Shown here piece by piece: positions 48,196 to 58,803 of a DNA stretch of 64,000 bases (positions within the stretch are counted from its first letter, which is position 1; every line of letters begins with the position of its first letter). Under the pieces are notes generated by a model. That model saw only the letters and a list, made by a program, of their open reading frames with translations, made no database searches and was not told where the DNA came from. A program made the translations under genes and the position numbers. Source of the DNA: Thiotrichaceae bacterium (GTDB lineage: Bacteria; Pseudomonadota; Gammaproteobacteria; Eutrophobiales; Eutrophobiaceae); NCBI GenBank assembly GCA_012960105.1, contig DUBV01000014.1:2711-66710 (forward strand), written 5' to 3'.

Positions 48196-48228
48196 AGAAA
48201 AAAACCGGATGCGTGTCAGCATCCGGTT
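48196..48228 (-). terminator. rho-independent terminator of nhaD
   Basis: 10-bp GC-rich stem AACCGGATGC / GCATCCGGTT with a 6-nt loop. On the minus strand it is followed by a run of 7 U. Confidence 0.8.
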
Positions 48229-48278
48229 GTTTTATTTACTGATTATTTGTTTTTAGCTGCCGTAACAACTAACGTAGT

Positions 48279-49754
48279 TTAGCCATTAATTAAGAAATGA
48301 ACCCAAATACTCGCCATATAGCCTAATGCGATAGCCCAGGTCCATTTAAGATGAGCAAAAAACGTATATACGCCTCTAGCCTGCCCCATTACGGCTACTC
48401 CTGCAGCCGATCCCACTGATAACAGCGAACCTCCTGTGCCCGCGGTTAATGTCACTAACAACCACTGGGTTGTATCCATTTCAGGTAACATCGTCAGTAC
48501 AGCAAACATCACCGGAATATTGTCAATAATTGCAGATAAAATACCGACTAAAATATTCGCCGTTGTTGGTCCCAGATCGACATACATAAACTCGGATAAT
48601 GCGGCAAGATATCCCATGGTACCGAGGCCACCGACACAGAGAATAACACCATAGAAAAACATCAATGTATCCCACTCTGCTCTGGCTAATTTTTTAAAGA
48701 TATTAAACTCTTCCTTCTTTCCTACATCTCTATCACCAAATGATTCAACACCCAAAGCACCGGCACCGCCATCATCATTTTCTATTTTGTTATTTTCACG
48801 TTTGATTTTTATTTTCAAGAAATAACCAAATATTTTCAAGAAAGCCAAGCCAGTCATCATGCCAAGTACCGGAGGCATATGAAGAAAGTTATGCGCACAA
48901 ACTGCCATGATAATCGTCAATATAAATAAAACGATAACGATGAAAGCGCCATCTTTTAATTCAATTTTCTCATCAATGGCATCAGGTTTATCACTCGATA
49001 CAAAAAATGACATTATTGCAGCAGGAATTAACCAATTAACTAATGAGGGAACAAATAAGACAAAGAAATTTTGAAACTCAATAATTCCTTTTTGCCACAC
49101 CATTAATGTCGTAATGTCGCCAAAGGGGCTAAAGGCACCGCCGGCGTTAGCAGCAACAACAATATTGATACAAGCGATTGAAACAAATTTTATATTAGTG
49201 CCGCCAACAGCCATTGCCACCGTCGACATTAATAAAGCCGTAGTAAGATTGTCTGCTATAGGTGATAAAAGAAATGAAATTGCACCGGTTATCCAGAAAA
49301 TCGTACGTAAGGAAAAACCTTGTGACACTAACCATGCACGTAATTTATCAAATACATTACGATCTTCCATGGTATTGATATAGGTCATTGCCGCGAGTAA
49401 GAATAAAAATAATTCACCAAACTCCAACAAATTATGTCGCACCATAATTTCAGCCGTATGCTGATCGCCATGTTGATTATAGACAATGGCAACAATCATC
49501 CAGATGATGCCAGCTGCAAGCATGACCGGTTTGGATTTGCGAAGATGAATTTGTTCTTCGGCAATAACCAGACTATAAGCCAGACAAAAAACAATGATAC
49601 AAATGATACCTCCCCAGTGAGCAGTAAAATCTTGCAGATGTGCTTCACCCGAGGCAAATACTTGCGCAGGCATAATTAAAAGAAGAGACAATATTGTAAA
49701 AAATAATTGTTTTCCATGTACGACCATAACTGCACTCCTGTTTATAATCTTCAA
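48279..49754 (-). CDS. nhaD: NhaD-type Na+/H+ antiporter (ArsB/NhaD permease superfamily)
   Basis: 491 aa, polytopic. LSPIADNLTTALLM and IIDNIPVMFAVL motifs match what I recall for NhaD. It has its own terminator. Confidence 0.65.
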   Translation of the reverse strand: MKIINRSAVMVVHGKQLFFTILSLLLIMPAQVFASGEAHLQDFTAHWGGIICIIVFCLAYSLVIAEEQIHLRKSKPVMLAAGIIWMIVAIVYNQHGDQHTAEIMVRHNLLEFGELFLFLLAAMTYINTMEDRNVFDKLRAWLVSQGFSLRTIFWITGAISFLLSPIADNLTTALLMSTVAMAVGGTNIKFVSIACINIVVAANAGGAFSPFGDITTLMVWQKGIIEFQNFFVLFVPSLVNWLIPAAIMSFFVSSDKPDAIDEKIELKDGAFIVIVLFILTIIMAVCAHNFLHMPPVLGMMTGLAFLKIFGYFLKIKIKRENNKIENDDGGAGALGVESFGDRDVGKKEEFNIFKKLARAEWDTLMFFYGVILCVGGLGTMGYLAALSEFMYVDLGPTTANILVGILSAIIDNIPVMFAVLTMLPEMDTTQWLLVTLTAGTGGSLLSVGSAAGVAVMGQARGVYTFFAHLKWTWAIALGYMASIWVHFLING

Positions 49755-49794
49755 TTATTGCTAACTATTTTATTGAAAATAATAATTACAATAT

Positions 49795-50208
49795 TCAAGC
49801 AACTTTTTCAGCACTACCAAGCTGCCACTCATACTCAATATTTAGCGTACGACCGCCATTACTATATGTACATTTTCGACATAAATCATACATTAATGCG
49901 ATACCTCGTCCACTATTACCAGTATTTTTACCAAGATTAGCGACAATGCCGCTATAATCGAAACCTACACCACCGTCATCCATAGTAAGAGAAAGAATCC
50001 CTTTCTCATCTTCAACATGGTGTTCAATATCAATCGATACTTCGCCTTCAATCAGTTCATTAAGCCTAGTTTGACGCATTTCATAATATTTCAAAAAACC
50101 GTTATCTTCATCTTTAATACTTGAATTTAATTCGAGAATACCGTGCTCTATTGCATTTGAATACATTTCCGTCAAGACCAAAAATATTTTTTCCACGATG
50201 CCCACCAA
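49795..50208 (-). CDS. HATPase_c (RsbW/SpoIIAB-like Ser kinase) domain, probably a 3' remnant of a larger partner-switching regulator
   Basis: The N-box TEMYSNAIEHG lies only 13 aa from a TTG start, versus about 45 aa in SpoIIAB. G-boxes DDGGVGFD and GRGIALM are present. The 328 bp upstream have no ORF and contain stops in all frames. Confidence 0.45.
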   Translation of the reverse strand: MVGIVEKIFLVLTEMYSNAIEHGILELNSSIKDEDNGFLKYYEMRQTRLNELIEGEVSIDIEHHVEDEKGILSLTMDDGGVGFDYSGIVANLGKNTGNSGRGIALMYDLCRKCTYSNGGRTLNIEYEWQLGSAEKVA

Positions 50209-50536
50209 AACCTTGTATATCTACCATCGCCTGAATGAAATAACTCAAAGAAAATTAACAAGTTTATTTGAGTTAGTGAACGCATAAATCTTGCCACCAA
50301 AATACATCACTAGCGCTCAAAAATACTCCATGAAATTCATGCGCTTACAAAGTCTGTTGCATTGAGAATAATTTTCGCAATTGATTATAAAGAGTTGTCT
50401 TCACCGATGCGGCAGTTTATTACCGCTGATAATCCATTAGTCAGCAAAATATTTCACCCGTTGAGGAAAAAACTCTAGATAAAACCCAAATAATATTGGG
50501 TCATTACTAAAAGACCATTTCTGTTAGAATGGGCGA

Positions 50537-51202
50537 ATGCTTAGACAACTCAGTAATAGTAAATTTTTAATCCCAGCAATGGTCATTTTGGCGATACTGG
50601 CCGCAGGTAGCGGATTTTATGTCTCGTTAAAACAGTCACAGAATCAGTCCGCGCTTACGGTTTCACAAGCTCCAAATATAGAAGGCTTGTTCTGGCCAAA
50701 TCCTAAACAAATACGTGAATTTAATACACTGGACCAATCGGGTAATTCATTTGGCCTTGAGCATATTAAGGGGAAATGGTCGTTTCTTTTCTTCGGCTAT
50801 ACGCACTGCCCCGATGTCTGCCCAGTAGCACTGTCGGTCATGGCCGAGACATACAAACAACTAGCGACAAGGCATAAAAACATCCAGATTATTTTCGTTA
50901 GCATCGATCCAGAACGTGATACCACAGAAAAACTGTCAGAATATATGGCTTATTTTAATGAAGACTTCATTGGTTTAAATGGTGACCCCGGGATAGAAAA
51001 TAGCCTGACAAAACAAATTGGCGTGGCTTATTACCTGAATAATGAAGAACAAACAGAGAACTATCTTGTTGATCATTCTGCTTCCATATTTCTCCTTGAC
51101 CCGAAAGCACGTTTCGTCGGCAAAGTATCTGCACCGCATGAGGCAGAAAAAATAATCCAACAGTTCACTAAAATTAGCACATTTATTAATGCGCAAAACT
51201 AA
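50537..51202 (+). CDS. SCO1/SenC copper chaperone (thioredoxin fold)
   Basis: CxxxC motif HCPDVCP, N-terminal membrane anchor, 221 aa. Confidence 0.85.
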   Translation: MLRQLSNSKFLIPAMVILAILAAGSGFYVSLKQSQNQSALTVSQAPNIEGLFWPNPKQIREFNTLDQSGNSFGLEHIKGKWSFLFFGYTHCPDVCPVALSVMAETYKQLATRHKNIQIIFVSIDPERDTTEKLSEYMAYFNEDFIGLNGDPGIENSLTKQIGVAYYLNNEEQTENYLVDHSASIFLLDPKARFVGKVSAPHEAEKIIQQFTKISTFINAQN

Positions 51203-51668
51203 CCAGCGATTACTTTCAATCGCCCTTTCCTTTTTCTTGCTTGGTTTTTCTGCACTTAGCTTTAGCAATGAAAATATAAATATATCTGACGTTTGGATTA
51301 GCGAAGCACCGCCTACGGTTTCCATAATGGCAGCCTATGCTCGACTTGAAAATACCTCGAAAGAAAAACAAACTTTAGTCTCGATATCTAGTACCAATTT
51401 TTCCAATGTGGAATTACATTTAAGTAAAATCGTTGATGGTATGGCTCGTATGGAAAAGCAACAAACCCTTACCATACCAGCGAATGATTTTATCGAATTA
51501 TCGCCTGGCACTTATCATCTAATGTTATTTAATCCAAAAGTACCATTAAAAGCTGGCGATACAACTACAATCACTTTTACCTTTGCAGATGTGGTATCAA
51601 CTACAGTAGAAGCAATAGTAAAAAAGCGAAACAACAATAGTCACGAACATCATCACCATAATCATTAA
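51189..51668 (+). CDS. PCu(A)C periplasmic copper chaperone (DUF461)
   Basis: Signal peptide, H..M/HxM-type motif (ELHLS...GMARME...YHLML) and a His-rich tail HEHHHHNH. Adjacent to SCO1. Confidence 0.75.
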   Translation: MRKTNQRLLSIALSFFLLGFSALSFSNENINISDVWISEAPPTVSIMAAYARLENTSKEKQTLVSISSTNFSNVELHLSKIVDGMARMEKQQTLTIPANDFIELSPGTYHLMLFNPKVPLKAGDTTTITFTFADVVSTTVEAIVKKRNNNSHEHHHHNH

Positions 51669-51670
51669 TT

Positions 51671-52555
51671 ATGTCTTTACTATCATATGTAGTAACTAAA
51701 ATAATCGATTACATTAAAGTACTACCTCTGTATTGCTTACCACAACATGGTTTGACCGCTATTGTTTATCGACTAACAAGAATCGAACATAAAGCCTGGA
51801 AAAATTTTGTCATTCGAACATTCGTCAAACTCTATAAAGTCGATATGAATCAGGCGATATGGCCTAGTGAAGAAGATTACAGTTCTTTCAATGCATTCTT
51901 TATACGTAATCTAAAACCCGATGCCAGAAGTTGGAAAAGAAATAAAAATAACATCCTGTCACCTGTAGATGGGGCAGTTAGCCAGATAGGCTATATATAT
52001 AAGAATAAATTAATACAGGCCAAAGGCATTGATTACAGCCTGGAACGACTATTAGCAAATGATGAATATGCGGTAGAACGCTTTCAAGACGGTAACTTCA
52101 TTACGCTCTATCTTTCACCACGCGACTACCACCGCATCCATATGCCTGTCAGCGGCAAATTAATAAAAACCATCTTCGTGCCAGGTAATTTATTCCCTGT
52201 GAATACTTCTAGCGTCAGAACCGTAGATCAACTCTTCGCCAGAAACGAACGTTTCATCAGCCTCTTTGAAACCGAACTAGGACTAGTAGCCCAAATCATG
52301 GTCGGAGCCACATTCGTCGGCAGCATGGAAACTGTCTTCGCCGGACAAATCACTCCGACGAAACATAGACAAATAAGTATAAAAGAATACGAAGAAACCC
52401 CAATAACTCTAAATCAAGCCGAAGAATTCGGCCACTTCAACATGGGGTCGACAGTGATTCTATTATTTGAAAAAAATAAAATCATCTGGTCAGAAGATCT
52501 AAAAGAAAACGACCCTATTCAGGTTGGAAATTTAATCGCTACCGTATCAAATTAA
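51671..52555 (+). CDS. psd: phosphatidylserine decarboxylase proenzyme
   Basis: Self-cleavage G-S-T motif (FNMGSTVILLF) and YHRIHMP motif. 294 aa. Confidence 0.85.
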   Translation: MSLLSYVVTKIIDYIKVLPLYCLPQHGLTAIVYRLTRIEHKAWKNFVIRTFVKLYKVDMNQAIWPSEEDYSSFNAFFIRNLKPDARSWKRNKNNILSPVDGAVSQIGYIYKNKLIQAKGIDYSLERLLANDEYAVERFQDGNFITLYLSPRDYHRIHMPVSGKLIKTIFVPGNLFPVNTSSVRTVDQLFARNERFISLFETELGLVAQIMVGATFVGSMETVFAGQITPTKHRQISIKEYEETPITLNQAEEFGHFNMGSTVILLFEKNKIIWSEDLKENDPIQVGNLIATVSN

Positions 52556-52864
52556 TCGACTAGGTAGTTATATGGATATTTATTTTAAAAAACTGCATTT
52601 TTTAGATGTACTGTGCTGAATTTACCGTTGATTTGCAAAAAACAGCTAGTATTCTTTAAAGTTTCTTAAGAAGTCATTGTATATCATTGATTTACATATG
52701 TTTTTAGTTGTTCAAACTCATATTTTATCTGATAGACTGTCGTTGAATCAATCGCAAGCTAGATTGTCCAGTGCTCTAATTTTTTGTATTTGAAGTTTTA
52801 TACGTTATTGGCGTTTTCATTGCTAATTAATCGTTGATATTTCATAAATGAAAGGAGAGATAAC

Positions 52865-53447
52865 ATGTTTATCAATGCACAAAAGCTTTGTATCAAGATT
52901 CTAATCACTTTCTTACTCGTTACATCTCACTCTTATGTTTTTGCCGAAGAAGGCGATTGGATATTTCGATTGCGCGGAGTTGTGATCTCACCTGATGATT
53001 CTAGTAGTACGGTTTCTAACGCGAGAACAGCTATCGCAGGTACTGGTGTAGATGCAGATACTAATGTAGTACCGGAACTTGATATTACTTATATGTTCCA
53101 CAACAACTGGGGGGGTTGAACTCATTGCAGGTATTAGTGAACATCAGGTTAGTTTTGAAAACTCTACTGGCGCTGCCATTGCCGGTCTTTCCGATGGTCA
53201 AAGTCTATTTGATGCCTGGGTATTACCGCCGACTTTAACGCTGCAATATCATTTCTTACCGGAAAACAATATACGGCCTTATGTCGGAGTCGGTGTTAAC
53301 TACACTGCTATGCTTTGGGCCAATGCCACTAGTTCTGTCGAAGCGATATTAGCTCGACAAGTGTTGGCGTTTCCCATTCATTTGGCCTTGCCGGACAAGT
53401 TGGTGTCGACATGGATATTTGGATTTGGACTTGGTTACCACTTCTAA
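52865..53447 (+). pseudogene. ompW: OmpW-family outer-membrane protein gene, disrupted (frameshift in a G7 tract plus downstream lesions)
   Basis: ORFs 52865..53119 and 53079..53447 together read as OmpW (signal peptide; VPELDITYMF; LPPTLTLQYHF; RPYVGVGVNYT; terminal GLGYHF). Removing one G from GGGGGGG at 53109..53115 fuses them. The conserved SFGLAGQVGVDMDI segment is readable only in a third frame near 53380, and about 40 codons before the terminal strand seem to be missing. Confidence 0.75.
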
Positions 53448-53485
53448 GAAGTCGATTTATAAAACAGTAGATATCTGATATATGA

Positions 53486-53515
53486 CGCTAGGAAACTAGC
53501 GCCATCTTTTTATTT
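53486..53515 (+). terminator. short GAAA-tetraloop hairpin plus T-tract after the ompW relic
   Basis: CGCTAG-GAAA-CTAGCG followed by CCATCTTTTTATTTT. Confidence 0.35.
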
Positions 53516-53841
53516 TAAAATTAAAGTATTGGTTGACTATTATCATGCTGTTATTTCTACATAAGACGAGAGGTTAGTTGGTTCAGGAATTTCATAACTT
53601 TCTTCCTTAAACCCATCAATTTGAAATGCAATGCCTCATACATATTATTTTCTGTTTCCTAATGAGTACTACTCTGTTGAGGCATACCCTGATAAATCAG
53701 GGGAATAACCCGTTTCCGATTATTCTATAATAATCAGATATTTCATAATCTTTAGTCCCGCCTGTTTTATACGTCTAAATACTGATCAGACGAAAACAAA
53801 ATAAAAAAGAATATATAGTACTAAAAGAGAGGAAAAACTTA

Positions 53842-55263
53842 TTAGCCAGCCAATGCCGACAAACACAAAGCCATCAAAGCATTAGGCGCCAACCCCAAAA
53901 ATAAAATCAACAAACCATTAACACTCAACACCATCCGCATTTGCTTCGATGATTTGACCGCAGTCATTGTAGTCGCTTTATCAAAATACATTAATTTGAT
54001 AATACGCAAATAATAGAACGCACCAATAATAGAAAAGAAAACAGCAACAGCAGCCAATTCAACAAAGCCAGAAGCAACCAACTCTTTTAATACAAACCAT
54101 TTTGACCAGAAACCAAGAAACGGGGGTACACCCGCCATTGAAAACATCAAGCACAGCATAATAAAGGCAAACCATGGACTACGTTCAGATAGACCTTTGA
54201 AGTCACCCAGCATTTCTGCTTCGAAATCATTTCGTCCTAACAATATCACCATGCCGAAACATCCCATGGTCATCAAAGCATAACTAATGATATAAAACAT
54301 CGAACCGGAAAAACCAGTTGCCGTTCCAGCAATAAGGCCGAGAAATAAAAATCCAACATGCGCAATCGTTGAATAAGCCAACATGCGTTTAATATTAGTT
54401 TGCGCAATAGCAATGACATTACCTACAGCCATCGATAGCACAGCAAGTATCATTAATATTGATTGCCAGTCAGCCATCAAAGGTAATAAACCATCAACCA
54501 ATATACGCATCATCATCGCAAACGCGGCTAGTTTTGGTGCGGTACTAATAAACAAAGTAACTGATGTTGGTGCACCTTGGTACACATCAGGTAGCCACAT
54601 ATGAAACGGTGCAGCACCTAATTTAAATGCCATGCCAATAATCAGAAAGATCATCCCAAAAACCAAATATGAATGATTAATAGATCCACTCTTAATAGCG
54701 ACAGCAATATCGTGTAATTGTAGTTGCCCTGTTAATCCATAGATCATTGAAATACCATAGAGCAACATACCGGATGCTAATGCACCAAGAATAAAATATT
54801 TCATCGCCGCTTCTGATGCAGAATCAAAATTCCGCTGCATGGCGACCATGGTATATAAAGACAGCGAAAGTAATTCAAGACCTAGATAGAGCGATAATAA
54901 ACTATAGGCTGAAGCCATAATCATCATGCCGAGTACAGCGAATAATCCTAAGACAAAATACTCACCTTTTATTGATTTATTTTCTTTTAAATATTCATAT
55001 GAATATAAAAAAACAACAAAGGTGATACCGCAGATAAATGCTTTCAGCGTCGAACTCATGGCATCGCTGATAAAACTACTATTAAATGCAATATCTGGCG
55101 TGCTAGTAATTACTAATGCAAATGTTAGCAACAAGCTCAATTGTGTCAGTCTATAAGTCCATACATGTAATGGATCTTTACTAAAAGCATCAACTATCAA
55201 CACCAGACTTGCCAATGCAAATAAAGTGATTTCAGGTAGGGCTATCATTAAATCAGTATTCAT
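53842..55263 (-). CDS. nuoN: NADH-quinone oxidoreductase subunit N
   Basis: 473 aa antiporter-like subunit, last gene of the nuo row. Confidence 0.9.
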   Translation of the reverse strand: MNTDLMIALPEITLFALASLVLIVDAFSKDPLHVWTYRLTQLSLLLTFALVITSTPDIAFNSSFISDAMSSTLKAFICGITFVVFLYSYEYLKENKSIKGEYFVLGLFAVLGMMIMASAYSLLSLYLGLELLSLSLYTMVAMQRNFDSASEAAMKYFILGALASGMLLYGISMIYGLTGQLQLHDIAVAIKSGSINHSYLVFGMIFLIIGMAFKLGAAPFHMWLPDVYQGAPTSVTLFISTAPKLAAFAMMMRILVDGLLPLMADWQSILMILAVLSMAVGNVIAIAQTNIKRMLAYSTIAHVGFLFLGLIAGTATGFSGSMFYIISYALMTMGCFGMVILLGRNDFEAEMLGDFKGLSERSPWFAFIMLCLMFSMAGVPPFLGFWSKWFVLKELVASGFVELAAVAVFFSIIGAFYYLRIIKLMYFDKATTMTAVKSSKQMRMVLSVNGLLILFLGLAPNALMALCLSALAG

Positions 55264-55266
55264 AAC

Positions 55267-56790
55267 TTAGCCTATAACTTTATGCTGTAAGACATGTTCA
55301 ATCAGCTGTTCTACTGTGACATGCATAATATCAAAAATGGGTGCTGGCCAAATACCGAAAGTCAGAACAACTATTGCTAGTAGAACAAATATAAACCCTT
55401 CTCTACTATTAATATCTTTTAATTCAGAAATGTCTGTTTTTATTACATCACCAAAAATGACTCGTTTATACATCCATAAGCTATAAGCGGCTCCAAGTAT
55501 TAATGTTAATGCCGCAGCAAATGCGATCCAAAAACTTGCTTGATAGCTACTTAGTATTACTAAAAACTCACCAACGAAACCTGATGTTCCCGGCAAACCT
55601 GAATTAGCCATAACAAACAACATCATAAATGCAGCGAAAATTGGCATGCTATTAACAACACCACCATAGTCTTTAATCATACGGCTATGTATTCGATCGT
55701 ACATGACACCAACACAGAGGAACATCGCAGCGGAAATAAAACCATGCGAAATCATCTGCATCATGGCACCTTCCATCCCCATAATCGCACCTGAACTTGA
55801 TCCCGTTGCCGCAAATATACTAAATGGAATAAAGAAACCAAGAGTAACGAACCCCATATGTGAGATTGATGAATAGGCAATTAGCTTTTTCATGTCTTCC
55901 TGCACCAGTGCGACAAAACCAATATAAACAATAGCGATTAATGAAAGGGCGATCATTGCATCACTAAAATACAGACTCGCATCCGGTGTAATCGGCAAAC
56001 TAAATCTAAGGAAACCATAACCACCCATTTTCAACATAACTGCCGCTAGTATTACTGAACCACCGGTAGGTGCTTCAACATGCGCATCTGGCAACCAGGT
56101 ATGTACAGGCCACATCGGAATCTTCACTGCAAAGGCCAGGAAGAAAGCAACAAAAATTAATTTCTGTGCTGTTAGGTTTAATGGCACATCATGCAATGCT
56201 TCAATATTAAAACTACCTGCGACAGAAGCTAGATAGAGAAAAGCTACTAGCATAAATACCGAGCCCAGGAAGGTGTACAGAAAAAACTTTATTGTTGCAT
56301 AAACACGATTTGACCCACCCCATATACCGATAATTAAAAACATCGGAATTAGCATTGCTTCCCAAAATACATAAAATAAAATTGCATCTAGCGCCATAAA
56401 CACGGCATTCATTAAACCGGTGAGTATTAGAAAGGCACACATGTAATATGAGATGCGTTCGTATATCACTTCCCATGCTGCCAATATAACCAGTATCGTT
56501 GTGAACGTAGTCAGCATGATCAAAGGTAAAGCAATACCATCTACACCAAGGTGATATTTTATATCAAAGGCGCTGATCCATCTCGTCTCTTCGACAAATT
56601 GCATGCCTGCATAAGTTGTATCAAATTCACAATATAAAATAACTGAAAAAATAAAAGTAAGAACGGCAACACCAAAGGAAAAGAACTTCACTGTTTCTTC
56701 CTGACGGTCGCCCGCAATCAACGCCCAAACGCCTCCGAGTATCGGTGTCCAGATAAGCATACTTAATAGTGGTAAATTACTTAGTGTCAT
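55267..56790 (-). CDS. nuoM: NADH-quinone oxidoreductase subunit M
   Basis: 507 aa, with a typical NuoM sequence (HTWLPDAHVEAPTGGSV). Confidence 0.9.
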   Translation of the reverse strand: MTLSNLPLLSMLIWTPILGGVWALIAGDRQEETVKFFSFGVAVLTFIFSVILYCEFDTTYAGMQFVEETRWISAFDIKYHLGVDGIALPLIMLTTFTTILVILAAWEVIYERISYYMCAFLILTGLMNAVFMALDAILFYVFWEAMLIPMFLIIGIWGGSNRVYATIKFFLYTFLGSVFMLVAFLYLASVAGSFNIEALHDVPLNLTAQKLIFVAFFLAFAVKIPMWPVHTWLPDAHVEAPTGGSVILAAVMLKMGGYGFLRFSLPITPDASLYFSDAMIALSLIAIVYIGFVALVQEDMKKLIAYSSISHMGFVTLGFFIPFSIFAATGSSSGAIMGMEGAMMQMISHGFISAAMFLCVGVMYDRIHSRMIKDYGGVVNSMPIFAAFMMLFVMANSGLPGTSGFVGEFLVILSSYQASFWIAFAAALTLILGAAYSLWMYKRVIFGDVIKTDISELKDINSREGFIFVLLAIVVLTFGIWPAPIFDIMHVTVEQLIEHVLQHKVIG

Positions 56791-56823
56791 TATTTTTCGT
56801 AATCAGTCAGTTCTAATTTTAAA

Positions 56824-58800
56824 TTAATTTAATATCCCATGTACAAACACACCGAGTAGCACTAACAAGCCGACAATAATGGCAAAGGCATAGTGATAGA
56901 GATAACCCGTTTGTACGTTACGAACAATATTTGAGATAATTTGCACACTACGCGCTGCGCCATTAACAAAAAAACCGTCAATGATTTTCTCATCGCCTAT
57001 CTTCCAAAGTACTTGGCCTATTTCTCTGGTGCCTCTGGCAAATACGAGTTGATTGAAATCATCAAAACCATATTTATTAAGTAGTATTTTGTGAATAAAT
57101 CCAATCTTACTTACAAGCTTTTCTGGAAATTCAGGGAACTTGATGTAACACAACCATGCAACGAATATTCCTGAAGACATTAATATAAGTACTAAAGGAT
57201 GCTTAAACGCGTGCAATAAAAAGCCACCAATGCCGTGATAGTCCTGCCCCATTTCTGACAACACGTCATGTGAATAAGCAACATAAATTGAATTTCCAAA
57301 ATAATCGCCGAATAACATAGGACCAATTAAGAAGGCACCTAATATTAAAGAAGGTATCGCTAATACGGATAACGGTACGGTGACAACTGCTGGTGCTTCA
57401 TGCAGGTGCTTCCATGTTTTCGTACTCATTCTTTGCTCTCCATGAAATGTCATGAAAAGTAGACGAAAGCTATATAAAGCTGTAATAAACACGCCAATCA
57501 AAACGGAGTAATAAGCGAAATCTGATCCATATAATGAGGAATGATGAACCGCTTCTATAATGGCATCTTTAGAAAAGAAACCGGATGTACCAGGGAAACC
57601 AATTAAAGCCAATGTACCAATAAAACAGGTCAACCAGGTGATCGGCATCATTTTATATAAACCACCCATCTTTCTCATATCTTGTTCATGATGCATAACA
57701 ATAATCACTGAACCCGCTGCCAAAAATAATAGCGCCTTGAAGAAAGCATGTGTTACCAAATGAAACATTGCTGCTGAGTAAGCTGATGCACCTAAAGCAA
57801 CAGTCATATAACCCAATTGCGATAATGTTGAATATGCAACGACTCGTTTTATATCGTTTTGCACTAAACCAAGAAACCCCATAAACAATGCGGTAATTGA
57901 TCCAATGATTAAGATAAAACTAAGTGCGGTTTCTGAAAGTTCAAATAGCGGAGACATTCTCGATACCATAAAGATACCTGCTGTCACCATCGTCGCAGCA
58001 TGGATTAATGCCGAGATAGGTGTAGGACCTTCCATAGAATCTGGTAGCCAGACATGTAATGGCACTTGTGCCGATTTACCCATAGCACCAATAAATAAAC
58101 AGATACAGATTACTGACATTAATGACCATGGTTCATCACCAAGAATCATCACCGTTGTTTCTGCATGGTCTCCAACATTGGCAAACACGGTTGCATAATC
58201 CAGCGTATGGAAAGTCATTAGTACTGCAGCTATACCCAATAGAAAACCAAAGTCACCAATTCTGTTTACCAGGAAGGCTTTCATATTGGCAAAGATAGCC
58301 GTTTCTTTTTTATACCAGAAGCCAATCAATAAATAGGAGACTACGCCAACCGCTTCCCAACCGAAAAATAACTGTAGAAAATTATTCGACATTACCAACA
58401 TCAACATGGCAAAGGTAAACATGGAGATATAACTAAAGAAGCGTTGATAGCCCGGATCATCATGCATATAACCTATGGTATAGATATGAATCATCCAGGA
58501 AACAAAAGTAACCACGACCATCATTGTCACGGAAAGCGGGTCAATTAAAAAACCAATTTCAAAGTCTATGCCGCCACTACTCAACCAGAGATAGAGTGTT
58601 TGATTGTAAACTTCGGCGCCATCGAACATATGATGTTTGTAAGCAACCATAGAAAGAATACTGGATATCGCCACACCTATAATAGTGACCCAATGCGCGC
58701 CACTTCTTCCAATTATTTTTCCAAACAAACCCGCGATCAAAGAACCTACTAGCGGCGCCAGCACAATGATTAAATAAATATTCTCCATGTTCTCAAACAT
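56824..58800 (-). CDS. nuoL: NADH-quinone oxidoreductase subunit L
   Basis: 658 aa with a long C-terminal lateral-helix region. HVWLPDSMEGPTPISALIHAATMV. Confidence 0.9.
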   Translation of the reverse strand: MFENMENIYLIIVLAPLVGSLIAGLFGKIIGRSGAHWVTIIGVAISSILSMVAYKHHMFDGAEVYNQTLYLWLSSGGIDFEIGFLIDPLSVTMMVVVTFVSWMIHIYTIGYMHDDPGYQRFFSYISMFTFAMLMLVMSNNFLQLFFGWEAVGVVSYLLIGFWYKKETAIFANMKAFLVNRIGDFGFLLGIAAVLMTFHTLDYATVFANVGDHAETTVMILGDEPWSLMSVICICLFIGAMGKSAQVPLHVWLPDSMEGPTPISALIHAATMVTAGIFMVSRMSPLFELSETALSFILIIGSITALFMGFLGLVQNDIKRVVAYSTLSQLGYMTVALGASAYSAAMFHLVTHAFFKALLFLAAGSVIIVMHHEQDMRKMGGLYKMMPITWLTCFIGTLALIGFPGTSGFFSKDAIIEAVHHSSLYGSDFAYYSVLIGVFITALYSFRLLFMTFHGEQRMSTKTWKHLHEAPAVVTVPLSVLAIPSLILGAFLIGPMLFGDYFGNSIYVAYSHDVLSEMGQDYHGIGGFLLHAFKHPLVLILMSSGIFVAWLCYIKFPEFPEKLVSKIGFIHKILLNKYGFDDFNQLVFARGTREIGQVLWKIGDEKIIDGFFVNGAARSVQIISNIVRNVQTGYLYHYAFAIIVGLLVLLGVFVHGILN

Positions 58801-58803
58801 TAT

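Noticed and set aside
50975-51325. Minus-strand 116-aa ORF overlapping the SCO1 and PCuAC genes; similar antisense ORFs at 35090..35431, 37575..38033 and 59858..60244
   Set aside because: Each is fully antisense to a well-supported conserved gene and has an odd composition, so they are treated as spurious.
53109-53115. G7 tract in ompW as an active phase-variation switch
   Set aside because: Correcting the tract would still leave a second frameshift and an internal deletion downstream, so the gene cannot be switched back on by slippage alone.
53448-53841. Short ORF-like fragments in the ompW-nuoN spacer (for example minus-strand ...RVIPLIYQGMPQQSSTH and MYEALHFKLMGLRKKVMKFLNQ), vaguely reminiscent of a glycoside-hydrolase family 13 C-terminal region
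   Set aside because: The similarity rests on a few residues recalled from memory, and stops occur in every frame. This is not enough to call a pseudogene or mobile element.
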